Source of the DNA: Macrostomum hystrix
Lineage: Eukaryota; Animalia; Platyhelminthes
Direction: 5' to 3'
Length of the DNA: 64,000 nucleotides
Assembly: GCA_950097015.1 (NCBI GenBank)
Contig: CATNEN010000038.1
Span: 620,001-684,000 of the forward strand
Part shown: piece by piece, positions 60,945 through 64,000 of the stretch
How the letters are laid out: every line of letters starts with the position of its first letter
How positions within the stretch are numbered: the stretch's first letter is position 1
Translations under genes and position numbers: made by a program
Notes under the pieces: generated by a model
Database searches by the model: none
Told to the model about the DNA's origin: nothing
Seen by the model: the letters and a program-made list of their open reading frames with translations, nothing else

Positions 60945-63900
60945 CCTCTCTCCTCATGTCCCACTCTCTCTCCTCATGTCCTACTCTCTCTCCTCATGTC
61001 CTACTCTCTCTCCTCATGTCCCACTCTCTCCTCATGTCCGACTCTCTCTCCTCATGTCCTACTCTCTCTCCTCATGTCCCACTCTCTCCTCATGTCCTAC
61101 TCTCTCTCCTCATGTCCCACTCTCTCTCCTCATGTCCGACTCTCTCTCCTCATGTCCGACTCTCTCCTCATGTCCCACTCTCTCCTCATGTCCTACTCTC
61201 TCTCCTCATGACCTACTCTCTCTCCTCATGTCCCACTCTCTCCTCATGTCCTACTCTCTCTCCTCATGTCCCACTCTCTCTCCTCATGTCCGACTCTCTC
61301 TCCTCATGTCCGACTCTCTCCTCATGTCCCACTCTCTCCTCATGTCCTACTCTCTCTCCTCATGTCCCAATCTCTCTCCTCATGTCCCACTCTCTCCTCA
61401 TGTCCCACTCTCTCTCCTCATGTCCCACTCTCTCTCCTCATGTCCCACTCTCTCTCCTCATGTCCCACTCTCTCTCCTCATGTCCGACTCTCTCTCCTCA
61501 TGTCCCACTCTCTCTCCTCATGTCCCACTCTCTCCTCATGTCCCACTCTCTCTCCTCATGTCCCACTCTCTCTCCTCATGTCCCACTCTCTCTCCTCATG
61601 TCCCACTCTCTCTCCTCATGTCCCACTCTCTCCTCATGTCCCACTCTTTATCCTCATGTCCTACTCTCTCTCCTCATGTCCTACTCTCTCTCCTCATGTC
61701 CTACTCTCTCTCCTCATGTCCTACTCTCTCTCCTCATGTCCGACTCTCTCTCCTCATGTCCGACTCTCTCCTCATGTCCCACTCTCTCCTCATGTCCTAC
61801 TCTCTCTCCTCATGACCTACTCTCTCTCCTCATGTCCCACTCTCTCCTCATGTCCTACTCTCTCTCCTCATGTCCCACTCTCTCTCCTCATGTCCGACTC
61901 TCTCTCTTCATGTCCGACTCTCTCCTCATGTCCCACTCTCTCCTCATGTCCTACTCTCTCTCCTCATGTCCCAATCTCTCTCCTCATGTCCCACTCTCTC
62001 CTCATGTCCCACTCTCTCTCCTCATGTCCCACTCTCTCTCCTCATGTCCCACTCTCTCTCCTCATGTCCCACTCTCTCTCCTCATGTCCGACTCTCTCTC
62101 CTCATGTCCCACTCTCTCTCCTCATGTCCCACTCTCTCCTCATGTCCCACTCTCTCTCCTCATGTCCCACTCTCTCTCCTCATGTCCCACTCTCTCTCCT
62201 CATGTCCCACTCTCTCTCCTCATGTCCCACTCTCTCCTCATGTCCCACTCTTTATCCTCATGTCCTACTCTCTCTCCTCATGTCCTACTCTCTCTCCTCA
62301 TGTCCTACTCTCTCTCCTCATGTCCTACTCTCTCTCCTCATGTCCTACTCTCTCTCCTCATGTCCCACTCTCTCTCCTCATGTCCTACTCTCTCTCCTCA
62401 TGTTCTACTCTCTCTCCTCATGTCCTACTCTCTCTCCTCATGTCCTACTCTCTCTCTCCTCATGTCCCACTCTCTCTCCTCATGTCCTACTCTCTCTCCT
62501 CATGTCCTACTCTCTCTCCTCATGTCCCAATCTCTCTCCTCATGTCCCACTCTCTCCTCATGTCCCACTCTCTCTCCTCATGTCCCACTCTCTCTCCTCA
62601 TGTCCCACTCTCTCTCCTCATGTCCCACTCTCTCTCCTCATGTCCGACTCTCTCTCCTCATGTCCCACTCTCTCTCCTCATGTCCCACTCTCTCCTCATG
62701 TCCCACTCTCTCTCCTCATGTCCCACTCTCTCTCCTCATGTCCCACTCTCTCTCCTCATGTCCCACTCTCTCTCCTCATGTCCCACTCTCTCCTCATGTC
62801 CCACTCTTTATCCTCATGTCCTACTCTCTCTCCTCATGTCCTACTCTCTCTCCTCATGTCCTACTCTCTCTCCTCATGTCCTACTCTCTCTCCTCATGTC
62901 CGACTCTCTCTCCTCATGTCCGACTCTCTCCTCATGTCCCACTCTCTCCTCATGTCCTACTCTCTCTCCTCATGACCTACTCTCTCTCCTCATGTCCCAC
63001 TCTCTCCTCATGTCCTACTCTCTCTCCTCATGTCCCACTCTCTCTCCTCATGTCCGACTCTCTCTCTTCATGTCCGACTCTCTCCTCATGTCCCACTCTC
63101 TCCTCATGTCCTACTCTCTCTCCTCATGTCCCAATCTCTCTCCTCATGTCCCACTCTCTCCTCATGTCCCACTCTCTCTCCTCATGTCCCACTCTCTCTC
63201 CTCATGTCCCACTCTCTCTCCTCATGTCCCACTCTCTCTCCTCATGTCCGACTCTCTCTCCTCATGTCCCACTCTCTCTCCTCATGTCCCACTCTCTCCT
63301 CATGTCCCACTCTCTCTCCTCATGTCCCACTCTCTCTCCTCATGTCCCACTCTCTCTCCTCATGTCCCACTCTCTCTCCTCATGTCCCACTCTCTCCTCA
63401 TGTCCCACTCTTTATCCTCATGTCCTACTCTCTCTCCTCATGTCCTACTCTCTCTCCTCATGTCCTACTCTCTCTCCTCATGTCCTACTCTCTCTCCTCA
63501 TGTCCTACTCTCTCTCCTCATGTCCCACTCTCTCTCCTCATGTCCTACTCTCTCTCCTCATGTCCTACTCTCTCTCCTCATGTCCTACTCTCTCTCCTCA
63601 TGTTCTACTCTCTCTCCTCATGTTCTACTCTCTCTCCTCATGTCCTACTCTCTCCTCATGTCCTACCCTCTCCTCATGTCCTATTCTTCTCTCCTCTCTT
63701 CCCACTCTTCTCATTCCTCATGTCCTACTCTCTCTCCTCATGTCCTACTCTCTCTCCTTATGTCCTACTCTCTCTCCTCATGTCCTACTCTCTCTCCTCA
63801 TGTCCCACTCTCTCTCCTCATGTCCGACTCTCTCTCCTCATGTCCGACTCTCTCCTCATGTCCCACTCTCTCCTCATGTCCTACTCTCTCTCCTCATGTC

Positions 63901-64000
63901 CCACTCTCTCCTCATGTCCTACTCTCTCTCCTCATGTCCTACTCTCTCTCCTCATGTCCCACTCTCTCTCCTCATGTCCTACTCTCTCTCCTCATGTCCC
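60945..64000. repeat. 18/20-bp minisatellite (CCCACTCTCTCTCCTCATGT)n with higher-order repeats, runs off the window
   Basis: Tandem periodicity. Confidence 0.98.

Overview
Eukaryotic (animal) genomic DNA: GC-rich exons, AT-rich introns with GT-AG boundaries, and about a third of the window (roughly 22-23 kb by my hand tally) in about 23 unrelated, locus-private tandem arrays (mostly 14-32 bp units). The style suggests a free-living flatworm such as Macrostomum; this is inference only. Spliced gene models were built by hand with frame-consistent junctions: a rhodopsin-family GPCR (-, 3' end off window), a DEG/ENaC channel (+), an orphan 825-aa protein (+), a ZU5/death-domain DTHD1-like gene (-), a co-oriented minus-strand cluster SMYD4-like > SmD1 > anillin-like > COX6A, a tRNA-Gly(TCC) and a PDE9-like phosphodiesterase (+). 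Also present: two tRNA-headed SINE families with (ATT)n tails (one with a CORE-like domain and a TSD), MITE-like elements and a LINE C-terminal remnant. Most long ORFs in the supplied track are minisatellite artefacts. Best leads: (1) the four-gene cluster looks like a spliced-leader trans-spliced operon, with a 3' splice acceptor just upstream of three of the ATGs and a SMYD gene with no visible ATG; (2) some minisatellites appear to be amplified splice junctions or SINE segments, and several carry tens of sense-strand decoy 5' splice sites.
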